This document shows, piece after piece, positions 49,000-63,317 of a stretch of 64,000 nucleotides of DNA. The stretch covers positions 97,951 to 161,950 of the forward strand of contig JAUCBJ010001490.1 in the NCBI GenBank assembly GCA_032718475.1, read 5' to 3'. The DNA comes from Nemertoderma westbladi (taxonomy: Eukaryota > Animalia > Xenacoelomorpha). Under the pieces are notes generated by a model, which was not told the DNA's origin, did no database searches, and saw only the letters and a program-made list of their open reading frames with translations. Made by a program: the position numbers and the translations under genes. Each line of letters starts with the position of its first letter. The first letter of the stretch is position 1.

Positions 49000-51905
49000 T
49001 AATGTAATGTGAATGTAATGTAATGTAATTGCACTCCAAATAATTGCACCGACAAATAAAATAATTAATTATTTAAAATTAATCTTAATGACATACATAT
49101 TCACAAAATGAAATTGAATTAGACCTTTAATTAAACAATTATATGTATGGAGGGAGAAGATAACCCAGGCAATGTTGCACTTACGAGCGTATCTCTATTG
49201 GAATTAAGTAAAAATATTGCAAACTAAAAAAATAAAATGGTAAAACACGGTCAGTCATTATGAACAGAGAAAATATAAAAAAAATAAAAATCAAAATCAA
49301 ATCAAAATACGAGGCGGGGTATAATGTGTGCATATTTAAACAAAATGACACAAGTGACTAAAATCAATATGACGTATATGGCAATTAAAAATATACAAAT
49401 TACGTGCATTAACGGCATCTGAGGGCAAGGAATTCCACACGGATACTATACGGCTGGCAAAACGATTTCTGACAACGACTAGCCTGCTAGGCTGTGCAAA
49501 CAGTTTCCTGTTATGGCCTCGCAAACCTTGCCGTTGCACATGCGAGAAAAAATCGTTAAAATGAAGGTCAATGTTATTGTGACAAATATTATAAACCATA
49601 CGGATATCAAAAATAATTCGCCTAACTTCTAATGGTTGGAGTTTCAAGTGTATTAATCTATTAGAGTAACTGTTATCTATGTGTGTTAACTGACATCTTG
49701 AAAACAATCGTCTGGTGAAATATCGTTGGACGCGCTCAACCAATTTTATATTAAAGATTTGGTGAGGAGACCAAACCACAGTACAATACTCTAACAGTGG
49801 GCGAACATACGCCTTATAAGCCGTAATAAGTACGTTGACATTAGAAGTGTGGAAGCACCTAAATAATATATTGCACATTTTATACGCCTTGGATACTTGT
49901 TGGCTGCAGTATTTGCTGAAACGCAGATTTTTGGTAACGATAATACCTAGGTCCTTACAACTCTCCTTGAGTTCTAGAATAGAACCGTTGAGAGTGTACT
50001 CACTCGGTGTGCGTGTACCAAGGTGAAGTACATGACATTTGTGAGCAGCGACATTGAGCTGCCAGGTTTTACTCCAACTGGCTAATCTATCCAACGCATT
50101 TTGAATGTTTGCCGGATTATTACTGTTTCCATATAATTTTAAATCGTCAGCAAATAGTTTGCAACCTACATTTGTAAATTCCGAAGGCAAATCGTTTACA
50201 AAAACTAGGAACAAAATCGGCCCCAAGACGCTTCCTTGGGGTGTTCCTGATTTGACGTCAACATAATCTGAGTATTTGTATCCAACTAAAACACGTTGAC
50301 TACGATTAGCTAAGAAGGCGACAATCCAGTCAAATAGATTACCTGAAATCCCATACGCGGCCAGTTTTTGTAAAAGTTTAGAGTGTACCACCTTATCGAA
50401 GGCCTTCTCGAAGTCGATATAAATAATATCGATGTTCTGTTTATTATCTAATAATTTGTACCAATCGTTCGTGCACTCGAGGAGATGAGTTGCAGTTGAG
50501 CGGCGTTTGAGAAAGCCGTGTTGATTTTTAGAAATTAGGCCATTCGAAAGTAGGTACTTTAAAAGTTCATTTTTAATACAAGTTTCCATTATTTTGCAGG
50601 CAATGCAAGTCAAAGAAATTGGCCGGTAGTTGTATGGGTTGGACGGGTCATCTTTCTTGAACAGGGGTACTACAATTGCTGTAAGCCAGATATTGGGTAA
50701 CACATGTAAACTGAAAGATATTTCAAACATAACAGACAAAGGCGTTGCTAGCTGTGTAGCCAAACTACGGTATAATAAGCTAGGCATTCCATCTGGTGTT
50801 GAGCCAGACTTTGATGGTAGGTCTCGTAAAATCTTAAGTACTACACTGGGATTAAAAGTAATGTCGCTAATATGTGTATTATTTGGCACCGCACGACTGA
50901 AAGGGGGGCAATTACCATCATCGTTACAGTAATTCTCTGCCAGAACCTTCGAAAAAATCCTGGCTTTAATTGCGTCGTCAACGATCACATCACCTTTGAA
51001 ATTCAAAGGGGCAACTCCAGATTTATAATTTCTCTTGGAACTAATGTAGCTAAAAATAGCGTTTGGACGGCCTGAGGTTAAAATCTTATTTTCTCTCAGA
51101 CACAAATTCCTAAATATTGTTCTAGAAATTTCCTTCGCACACCTATTGTAAGCTAGGTTACCCTGTGGTGTGTGCCGCCTTTTCCATAGTAATTTCTTTT
51201 TTCGTTGAAGTTGCCTAATGTGATCGGGATAACGTTTTCTAAAAGAAACAGGAATATCTTTGCATGGAATAAAACGCGTTATACCAGCGTTAACAACATT
51301 ATAAAAAGCAATCCAATAATCATCTACTGCAATACATGATTCAAAATTGCAATGCCAATCTTGAGTATCTAAAAAGGAAGAAAATGCTACATAGTCGCCG
51401 TTCTTATAATCTAAATATTGTACAGGTTCACTATTTACAAACTGATAGGGACCACATAGATTAAAAAATACAGATGAATGGTCACTTGTTGAAAAACCGA
51501 CGTCAACTGTGACGTCACTAACACACAACACATCACTAGTAAAAACTAAGTCCAGTGTACTAACACCCCTTGTAGGTTTGTTGACAAGTTGGGTGAACCC
51601 CGCCTCGTGTACACAATTAAAAAAGGCATTATATATATCAGAGTCAGGAAAGGTCATTGCCTCCCAGTTAAAATCACGAAAATTAAAATCGCCGAAACAA
51701 ACAATGGGGTAATTTACATCTGATAGATTAGATATACAATCACAAAATAAATTAACATAATCAATGGTACTGCATACCACACTGTTGCTGCGATAAGCAC
51801 AAATTAATCTTGTTGGGGCGTCACCGAGAATATCAACAGCAATTATTTCACAATCGTCATACTTTTTGTCAGGGAAAATTCTAGAACATTTTAAAGCCTT
51901 AGCCT
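49000..51905 (-). mobile_element. CR1/L2-group LINE, 5'-truncated, uninterrupted ORF2 (partial APE endonuclease plus RT; ORF track 49336-51780, frame open to ~51900)
   Basis: GDFN, LDLVF, SDH (APE); YRPISLT, DFEKAFDKV, GTPQGSVLGP, FADD (RT); (CATTA)n-like tail at ~49000-49029. Confidence 0.92.
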
Positions 51906-53861
51906 TATCAATTATTATTATTTATTATTATACAGTAATATTAATCGTTTCAAGAACAATACTGCAATATGCAGATAAGCCATAAGCAGAGCAATGTTGG
52001 GCGAGCAGCACTAGTCCAGTAGTCAGGCTGTCAGGCAGTCAGTACTGATCTAGCTAGCCTTTGCTTGCTGGCTTGTGCTTGTACAGCTTGACAGCTGTAC
52101 CGTCCGTAGGCCTACCTGTCTGCCTATGTACAGCATGTATCTGTCAGTCTGTGCAGCTGTGTATAGCTGTACAGTGCTGCAGTGTACATACATACTAGTC
52201 TGACAGTGTAATATAGCTGTATAGCATCAGAGCATAGGCCTACCGCCCGCGCCCATACATGTCAGCATGTGGTAGACTGGACAAGTACTGAGGTAGGCCT
52301 ATAATACTGTAATACAGGCTGACAGGCAGGCGGGTAAACGGGTAATGTCACAAATCCGTACCCGTGGTTAGAATATTTTTTTGCTCGAAAACAGGTCTCT
52401 CTGAGAAAAGACTCAAGACTTTTTTTTCAAAATTCAGTTACTAGCTGGTCTCCGTGGGAAAACACTGATATTTTCGGAAAGTTTGGGATTTCGGGAAAAA
52501 AATCTGGAAAAAAATTTAAATTATGTTTTCAAAACTGTTTTATATTTTTTTACCGTATCAGGTATTTTCGCGATTCAGCATCGGTGGCAGCATTATTTTT
52601 TATATAATATTAATAATATTGTTGCGAACAGGTTACAGAGGCAGGATTTTCTAACCAATTTATATTTATTATTATGATGTTATAAATTCGGTAGTAAAGC
52701 GATAATACTACGGGTATTTATTATATACTGTATAGCTCAAAATTTGGAAAATGTTTGAGATATCCTGAAATCCATGCTACAACAATTCAAATACAGTATT
52801 TGAACCTCACAATACACTGCTACTACTACTGTACGTTGGTTGTGCCTTGATTGTGTGATTATCCAATATCCGCATTTTACTGTTTTTCTCTGTCAGTCTA
52901 TCTGATTAAATATATTGAATTGATTGATAGTACCGAAACAAACAATTAATTAGTTTAAGTTACAATAGGACCTATACATGACGCAAAATTATTACAGTAT
53001 AATTACTACATTAAGAAATTCAGTATGTAGCAAAATAATTCAATTAATTTCGTATTAAGTGATAATAAATTAATATTGTAGTCATAACGTACTACTGTAT
53101 AACGTTATAAAGTTATAGTAGACGGTCATACTTTTGTAGTGCACGCTATCGATTTGGCTAGATACAGTATATATATACGTATATATAATGCGACAGTGGG
53201 GCTAAAAGTTCTGGGGTTTGTGTAGGACAAAAACAAATATATAAAATAATACAAAAACAACTTTTAGTTTACTGTAGTCTAAGTTACGTAAAAAAGTTGA
53301 ATATGCCAGGCTTGCCATTATTATGCTTTAGTGGTGTGGTTTTTCTAAGCATTCGTTGCGGAGTGCGTCATTCGCTTTGCAGGAGGAAATGTGGTTAATC
53401 CTTAAGAACTCCACAGTGGAAGAGGCGTTCTTCTCTTGGTGTTCTATTGTTCTATCTATATTCAGTCAGTTAGTGTAATGTCAAGTAATACATCATTTAT
53501 ATATCGTAGGGTGACGTTTACAACAGCTGTCGATTACACTAGACAAAACCAGAAAACTGAACCAGGGTGCCGGCCGGGTACCAACGGCTGTTGGGTAGAC
53601 TTAATGGAAGATTTGACAAACTTTCATAGGAGGCTTGTACATGTACATTATATTGGTTGCTCCTATGTTTTTATTAGGCTAACTGAGAATGTATTAGATA
53701 TAAATAATTAGTGTTCTTTATTTTATTTATCTAATACAGAAAGACCCCTCCGCAGAATAAACTGCTCTTTGGGGCCGTTTTCAGGTTATGGAAGGATAAT
53801 ATTTCACACATCACAGTAATTGTGATTATGATTTGTTTGCCAAGGAGAATGTGTATGCCAT

Positions 53862-55177
53862 GGTATACAGACGTTTCGGCCTAGGACGTTTCGGTCCAGG
53901 ACGTTTCGGCCCGGACATTTCGGCCCGGACGATTCGGCCCGGACGATTCGGCCCGGACGTTTCGGCCCATGACTGTAACCGAATGAAAAGGCCAACTTGT
54001 TTGATATGATAATAATTATTCATTAAAATTATAATTATTTCACTATAACATACAAACACTATTTAATTTATTTAAATCAAAATAAAATACACATTATGCA
54101 TGTGGTGCTCTGCCCCATTATGTTTTGCGGCCGAAAAAATGCAAGTCAGAACAAAACGTTTGGTACCGAGTACCACATTGCTAATAAACTACTAAAGCGA
54201 ATCAATTTCACGAACCATTTAGGGCTTAAATCTCGTGTGATCGATATATTTTGGAGATACTTCATTAGTTTAATTAAACATTACTCAATTAATAATTCTT
54301 GTAGCTGGACAGTGTATTGCAGCTATGTCTTAATGATCTGTTGAAACAATAACTCTCATCTCGATGATAGATGATTTATACCCATGGATAACGACGTATA
54401 ATGCGTTTATTAATACATATTTTATTTCACTTCACATCCACTCTGGTCCTTTTAATAAGCATATAATTCCTCTAAATTTAAATTTAATACCCATATAATT
54501 CATCTAAATTTAAATTTAATACCCATATATTTCATCTAAATTTAAATTTAATACGCATATATTTTATCTCATTCTATATGACATCCAGTCTGTCATAATT
54601 ATTAGCAATGCTCCTTTTAATGGAATATTTCTTATCTATTATATTTTTAAGTCTAACATTAAAATACAGTAATAATTTTAATTCGGTGTAATTTAATCGA
54701 CTTTATTTATTGACTCACATTTTAAAATACTGTACGTATGTTTTTAACTATTACTTTACCTTTATACTTTATTTACCTATTACCTTTCTATTACTTACTT
54801 TTAATTATCTAACTGTATTAACTAAAGTTAATTTGTCAGCATATGTTATCTTTGTTCTAAGTTACAGTATGGTGTAAATTTATATTAATAAATAATAATA
54901 ATAATAATATTACATTAGTTATTATTTATAAATATAATGTAGAACTTCGATCTTAACGACTTTGAAACAAGTGTCGGAGCAGTTCCTACTGACAACTCCT
55001 CTTGTAACGAACGTAACAACTACAAAACAAATATATTGAATAACTTATTATTAATAGCTTATTTTAGGGAGTAAAGTGAATCTTTGGGCCAAAACGTCCG
55101 ACAAGCAAATCTTGTATTTCATTTATTGGGCCGAAACGTCCTAGGCCAAAACGTCTTAGACCGAAACGTCTGTTACC
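53862..55177. mobile_element. Non-autonomous DNA transposon with 15 bp subterminal repeats
   Basis: GGTATACAGACGTTTCGG ... CCGAAACGTCTGTTACC ends; (GGACGTTTCGGCCC-like) x7 on the left and inverted x3-4 on the right; splits an older repeat. Confidence 0.75.
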
Positions 55178-55435
55178 CTACATTAAATGGGGGGCAGTTT
55201 TTTGGTTGATGCAAGTCGTTCTTGGTTTGCATCTTCCAATCCCATCTGTTTCTTGGAGTCTGTTTAAGACAGGTTCGTTTAAAGCCGTGTTGATGCGTTC
55301 TAGTTATCCAAGTAAATATCTCAATATTAATACGTACTTACCTACCACTCACCTTTGATATGTTTGCTAACTGTATATATACATACAGTAACTAAATGCT
55401 TGCGCGATAGCTGTAGAATTATCTTATACTTACAG

Positions 55436-55670
55436 ACGATTCGAGGATGATGAAGATGAGTTGTCGGAGGTTGACGTGGCTAGCGTACCGGTACAGGTGC
55501 GTGATTGGCTGGCCACAACGTTTACCAGATCCTCGGGAGTCAAGGTAACACAGAAAAGGACGTTTAAATCAATCGTGAATGTTCTGAGAGCGGGGATGTT
55601 CGTGGAGAGGATGTTTCGAAGAACCAGTTTCGATCTGATCTATTCACCTGAAGTTAGCGAGTGTTTTAAG
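55436..55670 (+). CDS. PDE1: PDE1 exon (PDE1 N-terminal domain and calmodulin-binding site)
   Basis: tacag|(R)RFEDDEDELSEVDVASVPVQVRDWLATTFTR...FKSIVNVLRAGMFVERMFRR...CFK|gtaagt. Confidence 0.93.
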
Positions 55671-56559
55671 GTAAGTTATTCAGTTTATTGCGGTACTGTA
55701 TGTTGGTTAGTGATTTAAAATACATAGCACCGGCAGAGCTCCATCAAAAACTTTCATATTTTATCCACAAACGGCTATTTGAATGTATTCTCGGAAGGTA
55801 CTTACTTAAAGATTAATTAGCAAAACGACCGAACACAGTCGAACACACCCCCCAACACACTCCAAAAACCGCCAAACCCTGTCGAAAATAGAAAGGGCAC
55901 AAAAAAATAACTCCGGGTACCAACTCTGTGACAAAATTAGCCACGCGTTGCTTTTCTATAAGTAAATCCTCGAAATTATTGAATAAAATTGTCGCGAAGA
56001 TAAATTTGTGGCAGTCACAATTAATAGAAAGGGACCTTTTGACCTAGTTCTGAGACAATCGCGTTTAAAGATTGGACATTTTTTGGAATAAATCAGCTGA
56101 TAAAAATCCTGTTATGAGGGAAATTCAAATTTTATGTTTATCTAATCTGTTTTTGGTTTTACTGGTGTTTATATTAGTTTTGTAACTCTATCGTAAATTA
56201 TGGAAGTGGAATTTAATTCTTTAACTGAATACTATGCATTAGCAGATCTGGAAAAACTTGATAAGTTTGTTGGTAGGCCACGAATGCTCCTAATTATGTG
56301 CGTCCCGAAAATACATCTGGTATTTGAATACATTGAATGTAGAGCAATGTACATTACATACTGTAGCATTACAACGTCTTACACGTCATTACATTATTAC
56401 GTGAAACACAATCAACGCAGTGGAAAACTCAATTTTTTCGATAGGATAGAATCATTGAGCATTATTGAGCATTGAGATTATATTACATTCATAATTAAGC
56501 ACCAACAATTCCATCACCATTCACCATACCAAGATAAAATTAAATAAAGTTAGTAATGT

Positions 56560-57600
56560 TCTGATAGGTGAGACCCCCGCAGACCCGCATCATCCCCAAA
56601 ACCGAGCGCCCTCCACCTCCGCCGACCTCCACCTAAGCAGAGGGGATTGGGATGGGCGCGAACTGGAGCCGCCTCCGAACTCCGCCGAGAACGGATGCTA
56701 GGCCTCGTTCACGCATCCCCTGCCGCCGACCCACAGGGGTCTCTACTAGGTGGCGAATCAGTATGTACTGTAGGCCTTCTTGCAGCACACCCCATCGGTG
56801 GTTCCGACTAGGGGGGTGAAGGAGATCCTACGATCCTCGCACACCGCGCTATAGTGCACCTTCTTTGCTCGGACTCGCTGCTCGAGGATGGAGTCCAGTG
56901 ACCGATTCACATATGAGGGAGCGTCAGCGTTTACTACCGCAATGTCAAATTACGGCATCCTCTGTTCTGCCCAGACTCCTCTCGCTACATAGCAGGTCAG
57001 CCCTCACCCCTCCGACCTCGCGAACCCTCCTGTCTAGGTAGCCTGTGCACGCTGTGCACACGACCCCCCGAATGCCGAGGCTAAGGTCCCCAAAAACCTC
57101 GCGCAACTCATCATGCCTCTTGATGATGGGACCCCACGACTTGCAGTTCAGGGCGTGTGTTGTTGTAAACGACTCGGCACACCCCTCACACTTCGCCGGG
57201 AGACCATGCAGCGTGAGGCAATACCTGAGCGCGACGTTGTCGCGGAATACCTCCGGAGCAAGGTCGGTTTGGTCGACCGCAGAAGGCTGCACCGTTAGCC
57301 ACCCACCCGGCTTATGAGACACCGTACGGTCGACTGTACGGCGCCGTTCAGTTGGGATGGAAAGGAGCGCCGACTCCTGCACAGCCTTGTAAGCGGCGTC
57401 CTGAGTGGTGCGACTCTCGGAAAGGGCCGAAGAAAAGCAAGCAGAGTGGTCTGCCACAAGAAGGTGGCGACCTTTCATCAGTGCTTCAACGAGCCTGATT
57501 GTTCTGCCGAGTGACGCCTCCCTAGCGTGTATCCTCATCATCAACGGGTTCCGGATCCCGATCCGGAATAGACCAGGAGGAGAACTAACTCCTCGTCGAC
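56560..57600 (-). mobile_element. Degenerate CRE/R2-group non-LTR retrotransposon fragment
   Basis: WLTVQP...FRDNVALRY...LPAKCEGC...HALNCK..G.IIKRHDELR...RADL (zinc knuckle and RLE start), frameshifted. Confidence 0.75.
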
Positions 57601-57972
57601 TGTACCGGGGGAGGTGCCAAACAGGAAGGAAGCCAAGCTGAAAGTAAATGGTTCACCAGTCTATTGCGGATTGGCACCAGATCATCATTAGTGGTGCCCC
57701 CCCCCCCCCCCCCCCCCCCCAGAGCGGTGCCCAGAGACGATCCGATCGTAAGCATACCAGCACCAGCTTTTGAGAGCAGCAGGTACTGCCAGAGAAACCT
57801 TGTGTGGGAGACAATGGCACATCTCCTAGAGGTTGATCAGAGAGTGGCTGCTGGAAGTAGGATGTAGGTAGCTCTATGGGATGTACTCTAGTTTCGGATG
57901 TGACTTGTCCACCTTTAGCAGGTCAACACATTGAGCATCAACTGGTAGCCGATCTATGGTTGGAGGGTCAGA

Positions 57973-58146
57973 GGGAGGCGGCAGATTGAAGGTGAGTAGG
58001 TCCAAGGGAGGCGGCAGATTGAAGGTGAGTAGGTCCAAGGGAGGCGGCAGATTGAAGGTGAGTAGGTCCAAGGGAGGTGGCAGATTGAAGGTGAGTAGGT
58101 CCAAGGGAGGTGGCAGATTGAAGGTGAGTAGGTCCAAGGGAGGCGG
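57973..58146 (+). repeat. 33 bp minisatellite x5
   Basis: GGGAGGCGGCAGATTGAAGGTGAGTAGGTCCAA. Confidence 0.95.
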
Positions 58147-59548
58147 GTCTCCAATTTGCTCCTCGGCAGATTTATATTTCAATGAATAATAAATTATCAA
58201 TATATTGGTAATTGTAATCACTCTACCCTAAAGTAGTTTCGATGTCAAAAATATAATCTTATATATTATATAAAATCAGTTACAACCCTAAGCGTGTGGT
58301 GGTACTATAGTACATAATTATGACCGCACATACAGTAAGTAGATAGCACAACAACCAGACCAGCGTAAATACTAATACCTAGTGATAGCATTAATACAAG
58401 TGCTGGTAAGAAATGCGGATATGGAAATTAGGTACGAAATACTGTATAAAAATTGAGATGTGACAATGTAGTCCAAAATATATTTTAATTCATGGTCATC
58501 AAAACCTTCTACCTCCATTGTGGCGAGGTGCACATTTATTAATTCCTTGCAAAAATTTACTTATAAGTACTTATAGTACTCAGAAGTGGAATATAATTTA
58601 AACTTTTTACATTTTTAGAAGTAAGATCAGTAAGATTATTATATAAATTGCACAAATTTCCTATCGTACGAAAATGCGCACCACTTCGCGACCTAGAAAT
58701 CGAATAGCACGTTTGGATGAACATTGTAAACAACGTTTTTTTAGTAAAAGATTTATTTTTAAGTTTAAATAATGTTAACACGTTGACGATTAACAAGTCA
58801 CCAAAGTTGACAGATTAATTTATTATATAAAGTTGCAGCACTAAATGTTTTTCCATATTCCGTAAACGTTTTTATATTTCAACATTTTTGTAACAAAAAT
58901 CAACTTTTTTGCCACCTAAATTCTGGGAGTGAATACATTATATACATTATATATAAAATATATATATATAATACATTATATACATTATATATAAAAAATA
59001 TATATATAATACATTATTACTTACTGTTTTTATTCACTAGTCAGTAGGCATACGTATACTGTATTACATACTGTATTAGAAAAAAGGTAGGCATTAAACG
59101 CAAAATACAGTACAGCACTAATAAGGTACAGAACCTTATTTCCTTATGAAAATCTCCCGTTGGAAAAGTTTTTAACTATTTCTATATTTTAATTAAATTT
59201 ATAATTACCCGGCGTGGCAGCCCTGTTTATTTTATCATTTTATATTTATTATTTGCGTTTGTCATTTTGAAATTTTAAACTTGAATTTAATATATGCTCG
59301 ATCAAATATGATAATGTATCTGACCTGCACATCACAAATTACTACGCTAAATAAAATTGCTGATCTTTGCTGACTTCAGGTTTGTTAGGTCTTACTTGTG
59401 GAGGTCTAGCCAGATTAGCAATATTGTAGTTCAATAATTAATTTAACCTCCAAAGGAACATTTTGAAATATATTTTCTTTATCTTGACCGCACAATAAGT
59501 ATTTCACAATGTACCCATTAGGGGTTCTGTACCTTTATCACACTAACC

Positions 59549-60921
59549 TTATTTATATATATTTGTTTCTCTCAGAGGAGTCGGTTTTATCTCAATAATT
59601 TCGGCTAAATATCGTTGATTAGTTTCCCTAAGTCCGTCACAGAATGTAAGAAAGTCTTTGTAGGGGCGTTTCTTAAGAATTTCTATAAGTTCATTGTTCT
59701 GCGCAAACCTACTTCGATAAGACTTAATTATATCTATCTGATTTACAGTGATTATAAAGTTATTTAGAAGATAAATCAATAGTCGTTCTGATTCTAACTT
59801 TGAATCTAATATGTATTGTCCGGCAGTAAGATTATAAGGTACCAATAATTCTCGAACCTTTTGCTGAACGTCTTCACTTAACGGACCTACCGTCCCAACG
59901 TATTTACTTATTTCTTCCCATTTTTTGGCCCCATTTATTTTCTCATTAACTTCTTCTACACTAATATGGTTAATCTGATCGAGTTGATTTATATCTAATT
60001 TAGTAATAGTTCTCTTATAGTAACCAACCAGTAAGTAATTACCTTCTGGGTGGAATTTAATAGAATTGAACTGGTTCCCCTCTGCTGCCTGCCGACCCAC
60101 AAACCTTCTTAATTCTACCCCATTCCTCCCATCCAGTATCCTAATATAAGATGAACCATCATCATACCCACTGAGAACAGCCACCCTCCCACCCTGAGGT
60201 TCCCATTTAACCCGTGACCCTCCTCTTCCATCTTCCCATAATTCTGCACCCGTTATAATGGAAATACATTTAGTGAGCCGACTACCGCCTACCACGAGTT
60301 TAGTGCCATCTGTATTAAACGCTACCGAAAAAATTCTTTCCTCCCCTTCCCTAAGATCCTGTATAAGGTTCCCTTTAAGGTCCCAACGTTTAGCGGTGCC
60401 ATCCCAGGAACAGGTAACCAACTCACTACCTTCGTTATTGGATATAACTTCTGTTACCCAATTACTATGGGCAACCCAAGTGTTGTGAGTAAGTGAATTA
60501 CAAGTTGCGGTACCAGTAGCTGGTAGAGCAATTATTGAAAAGGTACCTTCATCACAACAGACAGCGAACATATTCGGATCTGATGGAGAGAAGGTGATGG
60601 CCCGCCTACTCGTTCTTCCCTCGCTCAAATAATTGTAGTGGAGTCTATCATGCGAAATATGGTGTAGCAGCTCACGACTCTTTATGTCCCAAATGTTGAG
60701 GCCACCGCCGTATTCACTATCAACATTCCCCGCGACTATCTTTGTGTCGGAAGATACACCACAACAGAACATTCCCCTCCTATCTTCATCTTTATAAGGA
60801 CAGATAATTCCGAGGTTTGTTGCGTCAGAAAGTATAACACCCTCGGAGCCAGCGTAGAATTGTTGCCATCGGAACTGTGTTTGAGTTCACACAATCGTTG
60901 ATTGGAGAGAGATGCCCCCAT
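59549..60921 (-). CDS. WD40-repeat protein with C-terminal CARD-like death-fold domain, intronless, with an apparent 1 nt frameshift near 60860
   Basis: WD motifs LNIWD, AHSNWVTEV...LVTCSWDGTAKRWD, FSVAFNTDG, SIKFHPEG. The C-terminal LLIYLL..FIIT..QIDIIKS..SR..QN.ELIEILKKR...DFLTFCDGLRETNQ.YLA follows the CARD pattern. Confidence 0.72.
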
Positions 60922-61449
60922 TCTATTTTTTTTTATTTTGATATAAGGTAGAAAGTGTTAACCGTTTTTTTTAGTCCGGTTAATTCAATAATTATGAATA
61001 TGTACAGTATAATAATATATCTGTTAATTCTGTACGGTATGGAATGGTATGGTATGGTATGGTACCGGTATAATAGTGCACTGCAGTTGTGGCGGCGCAA
61101 TTTTATCGACAATTAGTAACGCACGCTCTTATTGCGCATTACATTATTGTAATACTTACCTTTACCCGACTGCTCACAATGTGAAATAAAAGAACAACAA
61201 TTGGGAACTACTAATAATTGTTATCTTGGGCTGCCTGGCTTTGAACTTTGAACGCGATTTGCATAGAAATGCATTACTGTAGCTGAATAATAATAATAAG
61301 GGTCGCTTTTTTATTCTTTTCTAATATAAACTGGTTCTACAGTATCAATATTGTCAAGGTATTCACTTCAGTTGCATTATTGTGTAAATACCATCAAGAT
61401 ATTTATTATAACTTTTGTTGGGCACAGCTTTTGCACAGTCGGCAATGAC

Positions 61450-61522
61450 GTCCACCAGGTGGGATCGAACTAGTGACCTCCGGTTTGGAAGTCTGACGCT
61501 CTATCCATTCAGCTAGCGGTAC
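61450..61522 (-). pseudogene. Degenerate tRNA-like sequence or SINE head
   Basis: A box TAGCTGAATGG, loop CTTCCAA and B box GTTCGATC at tRNA spacing, but the T and anticodon stems pair poorly. Confidence 0.55.
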
Positions 61523-61826
61523 AGGTAAAAGGTAGACCTATAAATAATACCTGATACCCTCTATGTCCTCAATTTACCTCGTTTTTGCCTCCAATCAATA
61601 CTATACTGAAAATATATTATTTCTATATGTCTAACAAAAGTTACAGTATAAAAAAATATGAATTCACTCATTCGCCCAAAACACCAATAATTCAAAGATT
61701 TGGTAAGGCTAAGCAGTTAGAGCCCAGCATTGATAATATATGTAGGATATATGTAGGAAAACAGCTTCTAACTCCAGAACTTATGTATGTAACATAAAAT
61801 TTATTATCTCTCATTTTCCAATATAG

Positions 61827-62084
61827 TCGTTCGACAACTGGAGTTACGATATGTTTATACTCAATGACGTCACTAACAATGAGTCGCTCAAGTTTACCGT
61901 TTACGAGTTACTCAATCGATACGATCTGATGGCTCGTTTCCGGATTCCGCCTACCGTTCTCCTTACATTCCTAGACCTGATCCAGGAAGGATACAGCCAT
62001 TACTCCAACCCGTACCACAACGGCGTACACGGTGCTGACGTCACACAAACCATGCATTACTTAATGGTATCTACAGGACTTGTG
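61827..62084 (+). CDS. PDE1: PDE1 exon, start of the catalytic PDEase domain; gene continues beyond the window
   Basis: atatag|SFDNWSYDMF...LKFTVYELLNRYDL..RFRIP...GYSHYSNPYHNGVHGADVTQTMHY..STGLV|gtaaga. Confidence 0.93.
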
Positions 62085-62125
62085 GTAAGAATTTTTATTT
62101 TTTTATTATTGATTGTTGTTGTTAT

Positions 62126-63317
<1,192 letters not shown>

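Noticed and set aside
60883-60890. In-frame TGA upstream of the WD40 ORF as selenocysteine
   Set aside because: No redox motif and no SECIS seen; a 1 nt frameshift to the MGASLS frame explains the region better.
61450-61522. Functional tRNA-Gly(TCC)
   Set aside because: The T stem does not pair, and the anticodon and acceptor stems are defective.
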